A stretch of 64,000 nt of DNA, from assembly GCF_037042905.1 (NCBI RefSeq), contig NC_087251.1, positions 3,784,001 to 3,848,000 of the forward strand. The letters are read 5' to 3'. Below are positions 62,191 to 64,000 of the stretch, piece after piece. The first letter of the stretch is position 1. Every line of letters begins with the position of its first letter. A program made the position numbers and the translations under genes. This stretch comes from Lytechinus pictus. Taxonomy: Eukaryota. Under the pieces are notes generated by a model. The model ran no database searches and had not been told where the DNA came from. It saw only the letters and a list, made by a program, of their open reading frames with translations.

Positions 62191-62974
62191 ATGTCAACGC
62201 GTACTACACGTGCTAGTACTAGCGCCTCGGACAAGGTCGCTCAACCCGAGCCAACGCCCAACAGTATCGCCGAACTGAAGGCCGACATAAAAACGCTATC
62301 CGAGGTGTTATGTCAGAAGATAGATGAGTTACGCAACGACACTGCAACCATGCACCGCAAAATATCTGACCTAGAAACCGCTATGACGGCTACGAGTGAA
62401 CGGACTTGCCATCTAGAGACCGTCCAACTTCCAAAACTACGTGAGGACCACAAAGCCGACATGTCAGCCATAGAGAAGAAACTGATTCTCCTCGAGCTCT
62501 ACCAGAGAAAGGCTAATCTCCTTTTCTATGGGGTCCCCCATAACAGAGATGAAAACGTCTATGAGAAGCTCCGCAACGTCTTCGTTAATCTTGGTCTATC
62601 AGTGGAGGATGCAAATGCCATATCCATTGCAAATGCACATCGGTTACCCCGCAAGTCGCAAGCTGGAGCAGCCGCCCCTCCCCCTGGTCCTGAGCCTATC
62701 ATAGCGAAATTCGTTATTTTTAGTGATCGTCAGCGTATCCTAGAAGCCTACGAGCATCAGCAACGCGTACCTCATAGCGATGCAAATAATATTAGCAGAA
62801 TCTCGGTGAGAACCGATCTTCCACCAATCATGAAAGCTCGCAGAGCTAAGCTCGCTACGGTAGCATATGAGAAAGCAGAAAAATCTATCAACCAAGATAT
62901 TTGTCAAGGATACCAATGTTATTCTTCAATTCAAGACCAAGGGCACCAGTGAATGGAAGACCTACCATGACTAA
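62191..62974 (+). CDS. LINE ORF1p-like protein (coiled coil plus RRM-like region); probable frameshift near 62875
   Basis: CCACCATG start; heptad-rich N-terminus, LELYQRKANLLFYGVP, AHRL, PIIAKF, DLPP..KARRAKL; the +1 frame continues KNLSTKIFVK...EWKTYHD*. Confidence 0.75.
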
Positions 62975-63128
62975 CATCCCTGTCCTGAAAATAAAAGGTA
63001 TAACATAATGATGTACTATAGTAAAGTTTCATGATCTAATTGATTTCAACATTTCATAATACTATACTCCAAGATGATGTCTTACTACTAAACTCCTTTA
63101 CCTATAAATTATGGTATCATAAATAAAT

Positions 63129-64000
63129 AAATAACGGTATAATGAGGAAAAACTGACAACTTTTATTTGTAGTTGAGAGATGAATAAAACTGCAGCCTTT
63201 TCAGTTCAAATGTTAGAAGAGAACGGAACAACACTAGAATAGGTCTTCAAATTGTTATTTAGTTTTTTACTTGACCTATTGCCATAAATAATGTAATGAG
63301 CTAAACTTACAATGATATGGATATCTTATTCATAGATTAAAGACTGCAGTTTCTTCACATCCAGTGTCTTTTTACTGCATGATAACTCTAAATATTATAT
63401 TATAGATCTTGAAGCAATTTTATGTAACCTGGCAATTGAATTACGAATTACTTGTCATTTTTTCTTAACTTACACTTGATATTTTTAATATCATGTCTTT
63501 ATTGAGAGTATTGCCTCCATATTTAATGTCTCTGCTGGAGAACGAGAATACATTAAAAAGGTTTGACAACCTTTTTATACTCTATATATCTATAACAGAG
63601 TATGGGGTGTTCTGGAGAGGTGGAGTGAAGCAGGTTTTCTTCAAATCATCATATCTCTAGGGGGGAAATGAAATTTAGATCTACAAGATAATAAATCCTA
63701 AACTTTTCCATGATTTTTTAAGATTTTCCCCAAATCTTAGGGGTCCCCATTTTCCCCCAGTTTCTCAAGAAAACCTGTTTCACTTTGTTTTCCCGGATCA
63801 CTTTATGCTCTGTTTTACTTGATCTACTAGCCATAAACAGATAAAATAACGGTATAATGAGAAAAAACTGACAACTTTTATTTGTAGTTGAGAGATGAAT
63901 AAAACTGCAGCCTTTTCAGTTCAAATGTTAGAAGAGAACGGAACAACACTAGAATAGGTCTTCAAATTGTTATTTAGTTTTTTACTTGACCTATTGCCAT
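63129..64000 (+). repeat. Direct repeat with ~715-bp period
   Basis: 63129-63285 recurs almost exactly at 63844-64000, running off the window end. Confidence 0.85.

Larger units (their letters stand above)
61976..64000 (+). mobile_element. 5' part of an L1/Tx1-like LINE: 5' UTR, ORF1, AT-rich spacer; antisense in a CYP intron
   Basis: ORF1-like coding region 62191-62974 followed by a long non-coding spacer; no ORF2 within the window. Confidence 0.7.

Overview
AT-rich eukaryotic genomic DNA. The repeat families and gene structures fit an invertebrate deuterostome, most likely a sea urchin (inference, not checked by search). There are three intron-containing genes, all on the minus strand: a complete 4-exon COX16 (13958-7557), a complete 2-coding-exon Ikaros/Hunchback-family zinc-finger gene (30606-27664), and the last six exons of a CYP3-clan cytochrome P450 (61924-58598). 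The rest is dense with often nested non-autonomous transposons, many with readable target-site duplications (TTAA, 5, 6 and 8 bp), plus DINE-1/HINE-like elements, tRNA-derived SINEs and LINE fragments. Main observations: (1) a ~180-bp element made of a 7SL-RNA-like head, a Deu/Nin-type SINE core and a (CA)n tail (34873-35050), a candidate echinoderm 7SL-derived SINE; (2) a 12.4-kb foldback element (35643-48042) with satellite-filled inverted arms and a perfect 8-bp TSD, which may sit inside the first non-coding exon of the Ikaros-like gene; (3) an inverted duplication of a promoter-like segment (50331-54631); (4) a 41-bp TSD-flanked mini-transposon and a decayed hammerhead-like insert. All coordinates were read by eye; no searches were run.
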